From: an uncultured delta proteobacterium
Lineage (GTDB): Bacteria > Myxococcota_A > Polyangia > Haliangiales > Haliangiaceae
DNA: 64,000 bases
NCBI GenBank assembly: GCA_963848295.1
Contig: CAWKDB010000010.1
Coordinates: 1,088,001-1,152,000 of the forward strand
Direction of reading: 5' to 3'
Each line of letters starts with the position of its first letter. Within the stretch, counting starts at the first letter, position 1. Shown one piece after another: positions 30,140 to 43,286 of the stretch. The notes under the pieces were generated by a model that was not told where the DNA came from, made no database searches, and was given only the letters and a program-made list of their open reading frames with translations. The position numbers and the translations under genes are program-made.

Positions 30140-31390
30140 TCACCCTCGAACGGCTACCAGGAACTTGAGGTAGCTCGACTCGGGGAAGCCCGGCAGCGTC
30201 GGGAAATCGGTCGGCAGCGGGCGGCGATCGATGATCTGTAACCGCGTGCCGGCGCCGAATGCGCCTTCCGCGAGCGCGGCCTCGTGCTCGACCGCAGACA
30301 TCTTGTGGGTCGACGACGCGGTCGCGAGCAGGCCGCCGGGTGCGGTGACATCGAGGGCCGCGGTGACGAGCTCGGCGTAATCGCGGACCGCGCTCCACGG
30401 CTTGCCGCCGCGCGCCGCTGCACTCGCGAAGGCCGGCGGATCGAGGACGACGAGATCGAACACGCGCTTACGTTCGTGCATGCGTGCGAGGACCTTGAAC
30501 ACATCGCCGACGACATGCTCGGCGGTCTCGGGGTCGAACCCGCTCGCCGCGAAGTTGCGGCGCGCGCGGGCGTGCGCCTTCGCCGCGACATCGACCGCGC
30601 ACACCTCGGTCGCACCGCCGGCTCGCGCGTAGACCGAGATCGCGCCGGTGTACGAGAACAGATTCAGCACGCGCCGGCCCTTGGCCCACTGGCGGACCGC
30701 GCGGCGGCCTTCGCGCAGGTCGCCGAACAAGCCCGTCGACAGCGGTGCGGTCACATCGACGACGAACTTCAGATCGTCCTCGACGACTTCGAGCTCGACC
30801 GGGGCCGCCGATCCACGCACGAGCTCGGCCGCGACCTGCCGCGGCGCATCGCCGGCGAGCGACTTGTAGCGACGCTGCTCGTAGATCGCTTTCGGCGCGA
30901 GCTCGGCTTCGAGCGCGTCGTACAACGCGTCGCGCAGCGAGTGGACCGCGGAGGTGAACAGCTGGACGACGAGGTAGTCGCCGTAGCGATCGACGCAGAT
31001 CCCGGGCAGACCGTCCGACTCGGCGTTGACATAACGGATCGCGCCGAGCCGATCGAGATCGAGCAGCCGCTTGCGCAGCGCGACCGCTGCGCTGACCCGA
31101 TCGCGCAGCAGCTTGCCGTCGATCGCGGTGTCCGGGTTCCGGACAAACACGCGCAACGCGATCGTACTGTCGGCGTCGTACAGCGCGCGGCCGACGAACT
31201 CACCGTCGACATCGACCAGATCGATCGAGGTTCCCGGCTCGGGCGGCGCGGCCCGCTGGCCGAGCGCCTCGCGATACACCCAGGGATGACCGGCGCGGAC
31301 CTTGTGCGCGACGTCGGGCGCGAGCCGCACGGTATTCTTGCGGACGATCGGCGCAGGCCGGCGGCCACGAGTCGGGCGGTTCGATGCCAT
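30140..31390 (-). CDS. RlmI/RlmK-like class I SAM-dependent rRNA methyltransferase
   Basis: GHPWVY (PUA), NAESDGLPG, TGLFGDLRE, VLNLFSYTG, LDPPAF, YLK. Confidence 0.88.
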   Translation of the reverse strand: MASNRPTRGRRPAPIVRKNTVRLAPDVAHKVRAGHPWVYREALGQRAAPPEPGTSIDLVDVDGEFVGRALYDADSTIALRVFVRNPDTAIDGKLLRDRVSAAVALRKRLLDLDRLGAIRYVNAESDGLPGICVDRYGDYLVVQLFTSAVHSLRDALYDALEAELAPKAIYEQRRYKSLAGDAPRQVAAELVRGSAAPVELEVVEDDLKFVVDVTAPLSTGLFGDLREGRRAVRQWAKGRRVLNLFSYTGAISVYARAGGATEVCAVDVAAKAHARARRNFAASGFDPETAEHVVGDVFKVLARMHERKRVFDLVVLDPPAFASAAARGGKPWSAVRDYAELVTAALDVTAPGGLLATASSTHKMSAVEHEAALAEGAFGAGTRLQIIDRRPLPTDFPTLPGFPESSYLKFLVAVRG

Positions 31391-31495
31391 GACGGATGCG
31401 GTTTATGGCGCATGTCACCCGTAACTCCAAGGGCCGCCCCGAAAGTTTCGGTAGACAGCTCCGATCCTGGCTAGTAGGGTGCATCCGCTTTCGCC

Positions 31496-31783
31496 ATGCC
31501 AACCGCGCCCTCCGTCGCCACGCTCGAGCCCGTTCGGTTCGGCGAGTTCCTGCTCGCTCGAAATTTGATCAGCGACGAGCAATGGCTCGCGGCCCTCGCC
31601 GAGCACTGGAGCGCGGCCCAGCGCGGCAAGCGCCGGCGCATCGGGAGCACGATCGTCGAACGCGGATTTCTCAGCCGCGAAGTGATCGAAGCCGAGGCTC
31701 GGGCGTTTCACGACGACATGGATGTGGTCGAGATCGTTCCGCGCTCCGAAGCGGCGACCGTCCCGCCGCCGTACCGTTCATAA
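31496..31783 (+). CDS. Stand-alone MshEN-like (GspE N-terminal) small protein
   Basis: RFGEFLLARNLISDEQWLAALAEH and RIGSTIVERGFLS. Confidence 0.7.
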   Translation: MPTAPSVATLEPVRFGEFLLARNLISDEQWLAALAEHWSAAQRGKRRRIGSTIVERGFLSREVIEAEARAFHDDMDVVEIVPRSEAATVPPPYRS

Positions 31784-31843
31784 ATTCGAGGCATACCGTC
31801 TCGGATCGCTGCTAAACTCCCGACCCGACGTTTCCGGAGACCC

Positions 31844-33076
31844 ATGATGGCAGTCGAATCGAAGCAGACCCCGGCGCAGACCTCGCTCGGCATGGCCGCG
31901 GCGGCCAATGGCTCTAGCGGCATGCGGACCAAGCGGGCCTCTCAGCTCATGCAGGCGAAGTCGGCGCTGCCGTCGGTCGAAACGTCACTCGACGAGTTCA
32001 TCGCGAAGGCGAACTCGACGCTCGTCGACGTCGGCAGCTGGGGCCAGGCCGAGAAGGTCGCGCGCGAAGAAGACGACAAGCGCCGCGAGGCCGACTCGCT
32101 GCGCTGGCAGGCGGCCGAGCATCAGCTGCGCGAGAGCGAGGTCCGCGAATCGTCGCTGCGCCGCCAGCTCGACGGCCTCCAGGGCCGGTTGGCCGAAGCG
32201 GAGGCCCGCGCCGCGGTGGCGAGCACCGCCGGTGCGAGCGACGGCGTGATCGCCGATCTCAAGATCCGCCTGAGCCGCGCCGACGAGCGGATCCGCTCCG
32301 CCGAGCAGCGCTCGGCCGCGCTCGAGCACGATCTCGGTGCCGCCCGTACCATTGCCGAGCAAGCGCAGCAGGCGGTGTACGCGGCGCAGAACGCGCGCCC
32401 GTCGCTGAGCGAGTTTGCCGGTTCGCCCGATCTGGAGGATCGCGTGCGGTTCGCCGAGGCCAAGGCCGCGAAGGCGCTCGCCGCCGCCAAGGCCGCGTCC
32501 GCAGGCCTCACCGTCTCCGCGGCGGATCTCGCCGCGATCGAGAACGGTCTCGTCATCTCCGACTTGGAGCAGGCGAAGAAGACCCCGTGGCTCGCGATCA
32601 GCGGCGCGTTCGTCGCCGGCCTCCTGCTCATGTTCGGGATCACCCGCGTCATCGCGCCGAAGCCAGCGCCCGCGGCCGCTGTCGCCGCCGCGCCGGCGCC
32701 CGCACCGACCGTCGAGCCGGCCCCCGCGCCGGCCAAGCCGAGTGTCACGCCGATCGAGGCCGCGCCGGCTCCGCCGCCGGCACCCGCGGCGGTGGCGCCC
32801 GCGCCTGCTGCGGCCGTGGCGCCCGCGCCTGCCCCAGCGCCGGCTCCTGAGGTCGCGCCTGCGGCCGTCCCGGCCCGGGCACCTGCCCCGGCCCGCACCG
32901 TGGCAAAACAGCACCATGCGACCCCGGCTCACTCCGCCCCGAAGGCGGCACCGAAATCGACCTCGGGGATCGCAGACCCGTTCGCAGACACGGCCAAGCC
33001 GGCAAAGCCTGACAAGAAGGCGCCCGACAAAAAGGCGCCCGACAAAAAGGCCGGCGGCCTCGTCGATCCGTTCTGA
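31844..33076 (+). CDS. Coiled-coil protein with single TM and Pro/Ala-rich periplasmic tail ending in DPF motifs
   Basis: Heptad-rich N-terminal half, TM WLAISGAFVAGLLLMFGI, PA repeats, IADPF/LVDPF. Confidence 0.75.
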   Translation: MMAVESKQTPAQTSLGMAAAANGSSGMRTKRASQLMQAKSALPSVETSLDEFIAKANSTLVDVGSWGQAEKVAREEDDKRREADSLRWQAAEHQLRESEVRESSLRRQLDGLQGRLAEAEARAAVASTAGASDGVIADLKIRLSRADERIRSAEQRSAALEHDLGAARTIAEQAQQAVYAAQNARPSLSEFAGSPDLEDRVRFAEAKAAKALAAAKAASAGLTVSAADLAAIENGLVISDLEQAKKTPWLAISGAFVAGLLLMFGITRVIAPKPAPAAAVAAAPAPAPTVEPAPAPAKPSVTPIEAAPAPPPAPAAVAPAPAAAVAPAPAPAPAPEVAPAAVPARAPAPARTVAKQHHATPAHSAPKAAPKSTSGIADPFADTAKPAKPDKKAPDKKAPDKKAGGLVDPF

Positions 33077-33155
33077 GGCCCACGGATCTCTGACGTTGAT
33101 CTCGCAGTCCCGCTGAGTTAAAGACCTCCGCTGCGGTCGTAACCGGAGGCCCTCG

Positions 33156-34526
33156 GTGACTCGGATCATAGTCTGCATAGCGATTGCGCTCGTTTGCGTC
33201 GGCCCGGCGCTCGCCGACGACGCGCCGCCGACCGCGGCTCAACTCGAGGCCGCCAAGAAGGCGTTCCTGGAGGGCAAGGCGCTGCACGACGCCGGCAACC
33301 TCCACGACGCGATCGAGAAGTTCAAGGAGTCGTACCGACTCACGAAGAACCCGCTGCTGCTCTACAACATCGGCTTCACGATGGATGAGGCGAGCAAGAA
33401 GGATCCTTCGCTCAAGGACCTCGCGCTGTTCTACTACCGCAAGTTCCTCTCGGACTCGCCGCAGAACGCAGCGCAGCGCGGCACCGTCGCGGATCGCGTG
33501 AAGGCGCTCGAGAAGGAGAAGCTCGACGCCGATCTCAACGCCCCGCCCACGACCCCGACGACGCCGCCGACGACGCCCACCCCGCCCACGACGCCGACGA
33601 TCGCGCCGACGACGCCGACGCCCCCGACCGAGCCACCCGCGCGCCACATCCAGATCAAGCCGCCGGGCACGTACGACATCGCCGACTTCGAGCATCAGGT
33701 CGTCGACGCCGCGCCGCCCGGTAAGCCGCTCGACGTCACCGCGTTCGTCCCCGAGGACTCGGGCTGGACGGTGACCTTGAACTACCGTGGCGCCGGGGAT
33801 GCGAGCTTCACCGCGAAGCCGATGAAGTGGCATTACAAGGAGCTCGTCGCGCGCATCCCGGCGCGTAAGATGTCGGGGAGCTCGATCCAGTACTACATCG
33901 AGGTCAAGGACCAGGCCGGCGCGAAGGTGACGTCGTCGGGCAAGTCGGTGAGCCCGAACCTCGTCACGATCGACGCCTCGGCCCAGCCGCGGTTCTTCCC
34001 CGACATCACCGACGAGCCCGAGTCGACGACCGGGACCGGCACGACCGAAAATCCGATCGCGCCGAATCCGAACCCGGGCGGCAGCACCGACCAGCCGAGC
34101 GGCAATGGCTTGCTGGACGTCGGCTCGAGCAAGTTCAAGTACGCGAAGTGGGGCACGACGGGCGCGGCCGTGGCGCTGTTCGCCGGCTCGGCGATCTTTT
34201 ACATCCAGGCCGGGCAGCAAGCGGACGCGCTCGTCGCCGACGCGAAGACCACGCATCCGGGCTGCGCGACCCTGCCATGCACGTTCGACGGTTACGATCG
34301 AAATCTGCAGAGCGCCGGTCAGCTCGACCAGACGCTGTCGCAGATCACGTTCGGCGTCGGCCTCGTCGCGACGGCCGCCGCGGGCTATCTGTGGTACCGC
34401 CAGCTCAGCCACAAGCCGCACGGCGAGACTGCGACGAACAAGCCAGCCGAGCCGGAGATGAGTTGGATCGTGGTGCCGTCGCTCGGCGATGGCTATGCAG
34501 GCGCCGCTGCGGCGACGAGGTTCTGA
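33156..34526 (+). CDS. Exported TPR protein with Pro/Thr linker and C-terminal membrane segments
   Basis: Signal peptide, AIEKFKESY...PLLLYNIG, PT repeats, C-terminal GAAAATRF. Confidence 0.75.
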   Translation: MTRIIVCIAIALVCVGPALADDAPPTAAQLEAAKKAFLEGKALHDAGNLHDAIEKFKESYRLTKNPLLLYNIGFTMDEASKKDPSLKDLALFYYRKFLSDSPQNAAQRGTVADRVKALEKEKLDADLNAPPTTPTTPPTTPTPPTTPTIAPTTPTPPTEPPARHIQIKPPGTYDIADFEHQVVDAAPPGKPLDVTAFVPEDSGWTVTLNYRGAGDASFTAKPMKWHYKELVARIPARKMSGSSIQYYIEVKDQAGAKVTSSGKSVSPNLVTIDASAQPRFFPDITDEPESTTGTGTTENPIAPNPNPGGSTDQPSGNGLLDVGSSKFKYAKWGTTGAAVALFAGSAIFYIQAGQQADALVADAKTTHPGCATLPCTFDGYDRNLQSAGQLDQTLSQITFGVGLVATAAAGYLWYRQLSHKPHGETATNKPAEPEMSWIVVPSLGDGYAGAAAATRF

Positions 34527-34528
34527 TC

Positions 34529-35122
34529 ATGCGCGGGCTCTTCATCGTCTCTCTGTTCACGACCCTCGCGGCCTGCGGGGCGTACTCGCCGAACCTGCCG
34601 CCCGATCCGTTCGTGTGCGGAGACTCGGATCCGAAGTGTCCGGACGGCTTTGCCTGCGTGCAGTCGGGCAGCCAGATGCTGTGCATGTCGACCGGCGGCG
34701 GTGGTGGCGGCGGCGGTGACAGTGGCACGTTCATGTGTGACGACGACAGCCAGCTCGAGGGCACGACGCGCAACGATACGATCGCGACCGCATTTGTCGC
34801 CGACGTCGCAGGACACGACAATATGCTCGTGTTCGATGGCGCGGCGATCTGCCCGGCGACCGACGTCGATGACTATGAGTTCACGCTTGCGACGACGATG
34901 ACCATCGAGGTCCGCGTCGAGTACTACAACGGCGGACCACTCGAAGCCGCGATCCTCGCCTCGAGCGGCGAAGTGGACAAGGCAGCGACGACGCTACAAG
35001 GTTCGACTAACACGCTCGACGCAGTGATCAGCGGTGCGCCGGCGGGTACCTACTACGCTTCGGTATTCAGCTCGGGCAGCTCCGAGAACAACTACAAGAT
35101 TACGATGACGCTCACGAACTGA
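34529..35122 (+). CDS. Lipoprotein with Cys-rich N-terminus and PPC-like domain
   Basis: LAAC lipobox, CPDGFAC, DVDDYEF, AGTYY. Confidence 0.7.
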   Translation: MRGLFIVSLFTTLAACGAYSPNLPPDPFVCGDSDPKCPDGFACVQSGSQMLCMSTGGGGGGGGDSGTFMCDDDSQLEGTTRNDTIATAFVADVAGHDNMLVFDGAAICPATDVDDYEFTLATTMTIEVRVEYYNGGPLEAAILASSGEVDKAATTLQGSTNTLDAVISGAPAGTYYASVFSSGSSENNYKITMTLTN

Positions 35123-35125
35123 GCG

Positions 35126-35308
35126 TCACGCCGCGAGCGTGAGCTTGACCGCCCAGCGCCGGGTCTCGGCGGTGAGCTCGTCGTCGTCGCCCGCAGCGGC
35201 TGTAAGCTTGGTCAGCGCGGCGCTCGCACCGCTGCGATCATCGGCTCGCCAGCACGCGCGCAGCTCCAGGCGCAGCAACGCGATGTTCTTGGCCTCGGCG
35301 TAGCTCAT
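35126..35308 (-). CDS. Small hypothetical protein
   Basis: GGAGG RBS, MSYAEAKNIALLRLELRACW. Confidence 0.5.
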   Translation of the reverse strand: MSYAEAKNIALLRLELRACWRADDRSGASAALTKLTAAAGDDDELTAETRRWAVKLTLAA

Positions 35309-35487
35309 AGCCCCTCCAAGGAATCGTCCAGGTTCACCTTTCGCTGAGGGGGGCATGGCGTGGCAACTTTTCTGACGTCGGAGAGCCAGAAACATTCTGG
35401 TGGTCCCCGTCGGTCCCCGAGTTTGACGGATCCACGGTGCACAGGGTACCCTGGTGAAAACCTGAGTATTTTTCAGGGGGAAACTGG

Positions 35488-37184
<1,697 letters not shown>

Positions 37185-38296
37185 ATGGCCCAGCTCAACC
37201 TGCAAGCGCTGCTCAAGGCGATGCTCGACAAGGGCGCGTCGGATCTCCACATCACCGCCGGCTCGCCGCCGCGGTTGCGGATCGACGGCGAGCTCGTCCG
37301 GTTGCAGACCGACGAGCTGACCCCGGTCGACACCAAGCAGCTGTGCTACTCGGTGATGAACGACGCGCAGAAGCTGCGGTTCGAGGAGGACCTCGAGATC
37401 GACTTCTCGTTCGGCGTGCGCAACCTCGCGCGGTTCCGCGCGAACGTCTACATGCAGCAATCGTGCGTCGCCGGCGCGTTCCGGCTCGTGCCGTACAACA
37501 TCATCCCGCTCGAAGAGCTCGGCCTGCCGCCGATCGTCACCGAGCTGACCGAGCGACCGCGCGGCCTCGTGCTCGTCACCGGCCCGACCGGCTCGGGCAA
37601 GTCGACGACGCTCGCGTCGATGATCGACCGGATCAACACGCGGATGCGCGGTCACATCGTGACCGTCGAGGATCCGATCGAGTTCCAGCACAAGCACAAG
37701 GCGTGTCTCGTCAACCAGCGCGAGATCGGCCGCGACTCGACCTCGTTCAAGCGCGCGCTCAAGTACATCCTGCGCCAGGATCCCGACGTCGTGCTGATCG
37801 GCGAAATGCGCGACCTCGAGACGATCGAAGCTGCGCTCGCGATCGCGGAGACCGGTCACCTCGCGTTCGGCACGCTGCACACGAACTCGGCGGTCCAGAG
37901 CATCAACCGTATCGTCGACGTGTTCCCGTCGCACCAGCAGAGTCAGATCCGCGCGGTGCTGTCGTTCGTGCTCGAAGGCGTGATCTCGCAGACGCTGATC
38001 CCGAAGGCGACCGGCAGGGCGCGCGCTCGCCGCCGAGGTGATGATGCCGAATCCCGCGATTCGCAACCTGATCCGCGAGGACAAGCTGCATCAGATCTAC
38101 TCGCAGATGCAGATCGGCCAGACCAAGTTCGGCATGCAGACGATGAATCAAGCGCTGTGCGACTTGTTCATGAAGAAGACGATCACGGCTCGAGGAGGCG
38201 CTCGGTCACTCGAGCGAGGTCGACGAGCTAAAGACGATGATCCTCAACGCGGGCGGTTCGCTCGGCGGCAGTGCGGCCGCCGGCGGCTGCGGCTAA
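37185..38296 (+). CDS. pilT: Type IV pilus retraction ATPase PilT (C-terminal frameshifts)
   Basis: ASDLH, GPTGSGKST, EDPIE, LRQDPD, TLHTNS; AIRNLIRE and GMQT in a second frame. Confidence 0.93.
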
Positions 38297-38311
38297 ACGG
38301 TAGGAGTCACG

Positions 38312-39516
38312 ATGGCCAAGTTCCAGTGGGAGGCTACGACCCGCGCCGGCGAGAAACGCAAGGGCGTGATGGAAGCCGACTCGGCCGAAGCGGTGGAGAG
38401 CCGGCTACGCGGCGACGGCATGACGATCGGCCGCGTCAGGAAGGAAGCGCGCGACCTCCAGATCGTCGTTCGGCTCGGGCGTCACGCCGAAAGATCTCCA
38501 GATCTTCACGCGCCAGCTCGCGACGATGATCGACGCCGGCTTGCCGCTCGTCCAGTGCCTCGACATCCTCGCCTCGCAGTCGCCGAACAAGATCTTCGGC
38601 AAGATCCTCGGCCAGGTGAAGAACACGGTCGAGCAGGGCTCGACGTTCTCCGAAGCGCTGCGCCGTCATCCCAAGGTGTTCGACGAGCTGTACGTCAACC
38701 TCGTCGCCGCGGGCGAGGTCGGCGGCATCCTCGACACGATCTTGAACCGACTCGCGATGTACATCGAGAAGGCGGTGAAGCTGAAGGGTCAGCTCAAGAG
38801 CGCGATGATCTATCCGATCGGCATCTTGGTCGTCGCGATCGGCGTGATTCTCGTGATGATGATCAAGGTCATCCCGACGTTCGAGAAGATGTATCGCGAC
38901 ATGGGCAATCACGAGCTGCCCGGCGCGACCCAGGTCGTGATCAAGATCTCGCATGGCGTTTTGAACAACTGGTACATCTGGGTGGGCGCGATCGTCGGCC
39001 TATTCGTGGGGATCGGCGCGATGCGCCGCACCGACAAGGGCAAGGAGACGATCGATCGGATGCTGCTGCGCGTCCCGATCATCGGGCCGACGCTGCGCAA
39101 GATCATCGTCGCGCGATTCACGCGTACGCTCGGCACGCTGCTGTCGTCGGGCGTGCCGATCCTCGACGCGCTCGACATCTGCGCGAAGACCGCCGGCAAC
39201 AAGGTCGTCCAAGCCGGCATCCAACGCGCGCGCGAAAAGATCGCGAAGGTCACGACATGGCGGGGCCGCTCGCCGAGTCGAAGGTGTTTCCCCCGATGGT
39301 GGTGCAGATGATCGGCGTCGGCGAGCAAACCGGCGCGATGGATCACGATGCTCCAGAAGATCGCCGACTTTTACGAGGAAGAAGTCGACCTCGCGGTGGC
39401 TGGGCTCACCGCGCTTGATCGAACCCGTGATGATGGCGTTCCTCGGCGTCGTCGTAGGCGGCTTGATCATCGCGATGTACCTGCCGATCTTCAAGCTGGC
39501 CGGAAACATCAGCTGA
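38312..39516 (+). CDS. pilC: Type IV pilus platform protein PilC (frameshifted)
   Basis: FTRQLATMIDAGLPL, GEVGGILD, AMIYP, GEQTG, AMYLPIF across frames. Confidence 0.9.
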
Positions 39517-41252
39517 GCACCGACCGAGACCGGACCGAGACCATCCCGGTCCCGATCGTCGCCCGCGGCGCGCCAACGCCGGGCGATTCGCTCGTCCAAA
39601 CGCCGGCGCAACCGCCGAGTGACGTCGGCCGTCGCGTGGTGCGCCTGTTGTTGCTGCGCACGCTCGTCATCACGCGTCGTGCTCGGCTTGTCGCTGTGGT
39701 TGCTCGTCCGCGGCGAGGCGCCTGCGCGCGCCGCGGTGTGGCTGCAGTCCTCGATCATCGTCGCGACCTACGTCTCGACGATCGTGTTCGGCGTGCTGCT
39801 GCGCCGCGGACTGTCACCGCGCAAGGTCGCGCGGCCGATGCTCGCGACCGACCTGCTCGTGACCGCCGCTGCTCGTCTACGTCACCGGCGGCGCCCAGAG
39901 CCCGTACGCGTTCCTGTTCGCGCTGTCGATCGTATCGGCCGGCGCGCTGCTCGTATCGGCGCGGCGCAGCGGTCGTGACCGCGGCATCGGCGGCGGCCTA
40001 CATCGCGATCGCGTTGCTCGCGTGGTCGCGCGCGATCGATCTGCCGCTGTCCGCGCAGGTTCATCCGTGGGAGCAGAGCGGCCTCGAGCTCGGTCGCACG
40101 ATCGCGGTCAACCTCGCTGCCTTGATCGGCGTCGGAGCGCTCGCGTTGATCTTCGGCGACCAACTGCAACGCGGCTCCGAGGCGCTCGCGACGACGCGAC
40201 GCGCCGCGGCCGATCTGCTTGACGCTGCACCAGGACATCGTGCGCTCGCTGAGCTCGGGGCTGATCACGACGACGCCCGACGGCACCGTGCTGACCTTCA
40301 ACCAGGCGGCGGCCGACATCTTGCGGCGACCGGCGAGCGCACTCGCGAGTCAATCGATCGACGGCGTGTTGCCCGGCTTGTCGAGCCTGCTCGCAGGCGC
40401 CGAGTCCGAGCTGCGCCGCGCCGACCTCGCGGTCGCGGCGAAGGACCAACGCCTCACGATCGGCGTCACGGTGTCGCCGCTGCGCGATGTCCGCGACGCA
40501 CGTGATCGGCCGGGTCATCAACTTCCAAGATCTGACCGAGCTGCGCCGGCTCGAGCAACACATGCAACGCGCACAACGCCTCGCGACCGTCGGTCAGCTC
40601 GCCGCCGGCATCGCGCACGAGATCCGCAACCCGCTCGCGTCGATCTCCGGCTCGATCGAGCTGTTGCAAGCATGCGCCGGTATCCGACGACGATCGCACG
40701 CTGATGGCGATCGTCCACCGCGAGATCCAGCGCCTCAACGTGCTGATCGGCGACTTGCTCGACTACGCGAACCCGCGGCCGAGCCAGCCGATCGCGCTCG
40801 ACCTCGGCGTGCTCGTCGACGAGACCCTGCAAGTCGCGCGCGGCGATCAGGCGTTCGCCGAAGTCGAGCTCTCGTGCGAGGTCGACAAACCGCTGCCGGT
40901 GGTCGGCGATCCGGCAAAGCTGCGCCAGGTGGTGTGGAACCTCGTGCGCAACGCCGCCGACGCCGCTGCCGCTGCCGGCAAGCACGTCAAGGTCACCGCG
41001 CGCACCGCGCCGCGCGAGGCGACGATCGTCGTGTCCGACGACGGCCCGGGCATCCCGAGCCAACAGCTCGAGCGGATCTTCGATCCGTTCTACACGACGA
41101 AGAAGCACGGCACCGGCCTGGGCCTCGCGACCTGTCACGCGGTCATCGCCGAGCACGGCGGCAGCATCGTGGTCGCGAGCTCGGTCGGCAAGGGCACGAC
41201 GATGACGGTGACCCTGCCGCGCGATGCTGACGGCGCCGCCGCTCCGCGCTAG
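39513..41252 (+). CDS. pilS: PilS-like membrane sensor histidine kinase (frameshifted; start approximate)
   Basis: Multi-TM N-terminus, PAS-like segment, GIAHEIRNPL H box, NLVRNA, DDGPG, FDPFYTTK, GTGLGL; follows pilC. Confidence 0.8.
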
Positions 41253-41261
41253 AGTCGGTTC

Positions 41262-41570
41262 GTGCACTGCCCGATCTGCAGCCAACCCGTCGACGGTGGC
41301 GAGCTCGTGATGGTGTGCGCTCCGTGCCACCGCACGCTCGGCGGCATCGACGTCGGCACGACCGGCGAGTTTCGCGTCCCGACGCCCGACACGTTCGAGG
41401 CCGCGACCTCGGGCGAACGCCCGAACGCGACGAACGTCTGCTCGTGGTGCGGCAAGCTCGAGGTCGACGTCAAGAAGCTGCTCGGGCGCGGCGGCGTCGC
41501 GCTGTGCAACGAGTGTGTGTCGCTCGCGAGCGACATCCTCGAGGCCGAGCTCGGCCCGAGCTGGCGCTAG
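41262..41570 (+). CDS. Small double zinc-ribbon protein with ClpX-type C4 finger
   Basis: CPIC...CAPC and CSWCGK...VKKLLG...LCNECV. Confidence 0.75.
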   Translation: MHCPICSQPVDGGELVMVCAPCHRTLGGIDVGTTGEFRVPTPDTFEAATSGERPNATNVCSWCGKLEVDVKKLLGRGGVALCNECVSLASDILEAELGPSWR

Positions 41571-41572
41571 AG

Positions 41573-42245
41573 CTACCGGCTCAACGCGTCGGCGCGCTGC
41601 CGGTAGTCGTCGGCGTATGCGGTCTGGCCTTTTTGCGCCCACGCCTTGGCGAGATCGCGGCAGCGCTCGGCTTCGAGCCGCGGCGGTAGCTCGCCACCCG
41701 CGCGCATATGGTCGAGCACCGCGATCGCATCGTCGACTCGGCCCGACTCGAGCAGCGCGCGGCCGCGCGTGTGTTGCACCGACGGCACGTCGGGTCGCAG
41801 CGCCGCGGCCTCGTCGACGAACGCGAGCGCCGCGATCGGATCACCGCTGGCGAGCCGCGCGCACGCGCGATTGTTGAGCAGCACGGTGCGCTCGGCGGCC
41901 TCGAGCGCGTGGACGTCGAGGCCGGCGAGCAACGCCTCCGCGGCTGCGCCATCGCCGAGTGCGACTCAACAAGCGGCGCGCGACAGCAGCGAGGCGCGCG
42001 CGCGGCGCTCCGAGCCAGCGAGCGACTCCGAGCAAACGATAACGGCGCGCCGCGACCGGATAGTGACCTGCTTCGAACGCGCTGTGTGCGGTGCGCGGCA
42101 GGATCAGCCATACCCACAACGCGAGCCCGCCGCCGAGCCCCGCGCCGATCAGCCCGCCGAGTCGGCCCGCGGTCAGCGTGCCCGTAACCGCGAGCGCGCA
42201 GCACGCCAGTCGCGAACCCGAGCCGCGCAACGCGAACCGCATCAC
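41573..42245 (-). CDS. Membrane-anchored TPR protein (frameshifted)
   Basis: Hydrophobic N-terminus in ORF 41841..42245, TPR helices LLNNRA...HTRGRALL in ORF 41573..41932. Confidence 0.6.
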
Positions 42246-42311
42246 GCCACTGTACTACGCGTGAATCGCCGCTCGGCGATGGGAAACTGCGATCGTTGTT
42301 CGCCGTCGCTG

Positions 42312-43286
42312 TTACGGATTGCTCACGACCATGACCCATTGAAACGTCGCCGACGTCATCTCACCGACGTGAATGCCGAGCTGCGGCGAAGCGTTGTCGA
42401 GGGTGGTGGTTCCACTCCCGGTATCGGCGATGTCGGTCGAGTCCGCCGTATTCACCACGCGGCAGTCGTACGTGTTGCTATCGCGACGCTCGGTGAGCAT
42501 ATACGTGCTTGCTCCATTCCACGGATATGCGTGTTGCTCGGCGAGCCCTGTGCCGGCCAACTGCAACTCTGGTGTGTTGCTGTAGAGCAGCGCGCAGCGA
42601 ATCCCGGAGCCGTCCGCATCCATATAGCCGTCGATGGAAGCCACTTCCGACCCGAGGACGTCGCTGGTGAGTGCAACCGAAGCGGTGATCGTCTCGTGGC
42701 CTGATGTCGGCGCCGGCCTGAAAAGCGTAGCGGTACTGCTGGTGGTGACGATCGAAGCATCGCCGGCGCCGTCGCTGGTCCATGACGAGCCGGCAGATGA
42801 CGACCAAGTTCCCGGGATCGCGCCCCGGAAGCCGTCGAAGAACGCCACGTAGTCGCCCGGCGTGTCGGGGTTCGGATCGCACGCATCGCTCACTCCATCG
42901 CCGTCCGAGTCGAGGACAGGATCCGAATCGGCATACGGCGGGCAGGGATCGCACGCGTCCCCGAAGCGATCGCCGTCCTCGTTGAACTGATCCGGGTTGC
43001 GGACCGTGGGGCAATTGTCGAGGTCATCTGTGACGCCGTCGCAGTCGAGATCGTTCGGGCATCCTGTCGCATCCACCGCGACGGCATCGCCGCTGTCGTC
43101 GGCGGCATCGAGAATCGCGCCGCACGTCGCCGTCGCACCTTGAGCTCGACAGCGCCCTTCCCCGCCGCACGTAAAGCCGCTCGGGCAGCCGGACTCGTCG
43201 GAGCAGCTGATCGCGCAGTCGCGGAAGCTCGCGCTGTAGCCGCACGACGCGAGCACGGCCGCGAGAGCGATCGTTAGCCTCACCAT
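42312..43286 (-). CDS. Lipoprotein with Cys-rich region and thrombospondin type-3 repeats
   Basis: LASC lipobox; DLDCDGVTDDLDNCP, NPDQFNEDGDRFGDACDPCP, DSDGDGVSDACDP. Confidence 0.85.
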   Translation of the reverse strand: MVRLTIALAAVLASCGYSASFRDCAISCSDESGCPSGFTCGGEGRCRAQGATATCGAILDAADDSGDAVAVDATGCPNDLDCDGVTDDLDNCPTVRNPDQFNEDGDRFGDACDPCPPYADSDPVLDSDGDGVSDACDPNPDTPGDYVAFFDGFRGAIPGTWSSSAGSSWTSDGAGDASIVTTSSTATLFRPAPTSGHETITASVALTSDVLGSEVASIDGYMDADGSGIRCALLYSNTPELQLAGTGLAEQHAYPWNGASTYMLTERRDSNTYDCRVVNTADSTDIADTGSGTTTLDNASPQLGIHVGEMTSATFQWVMVVSNP

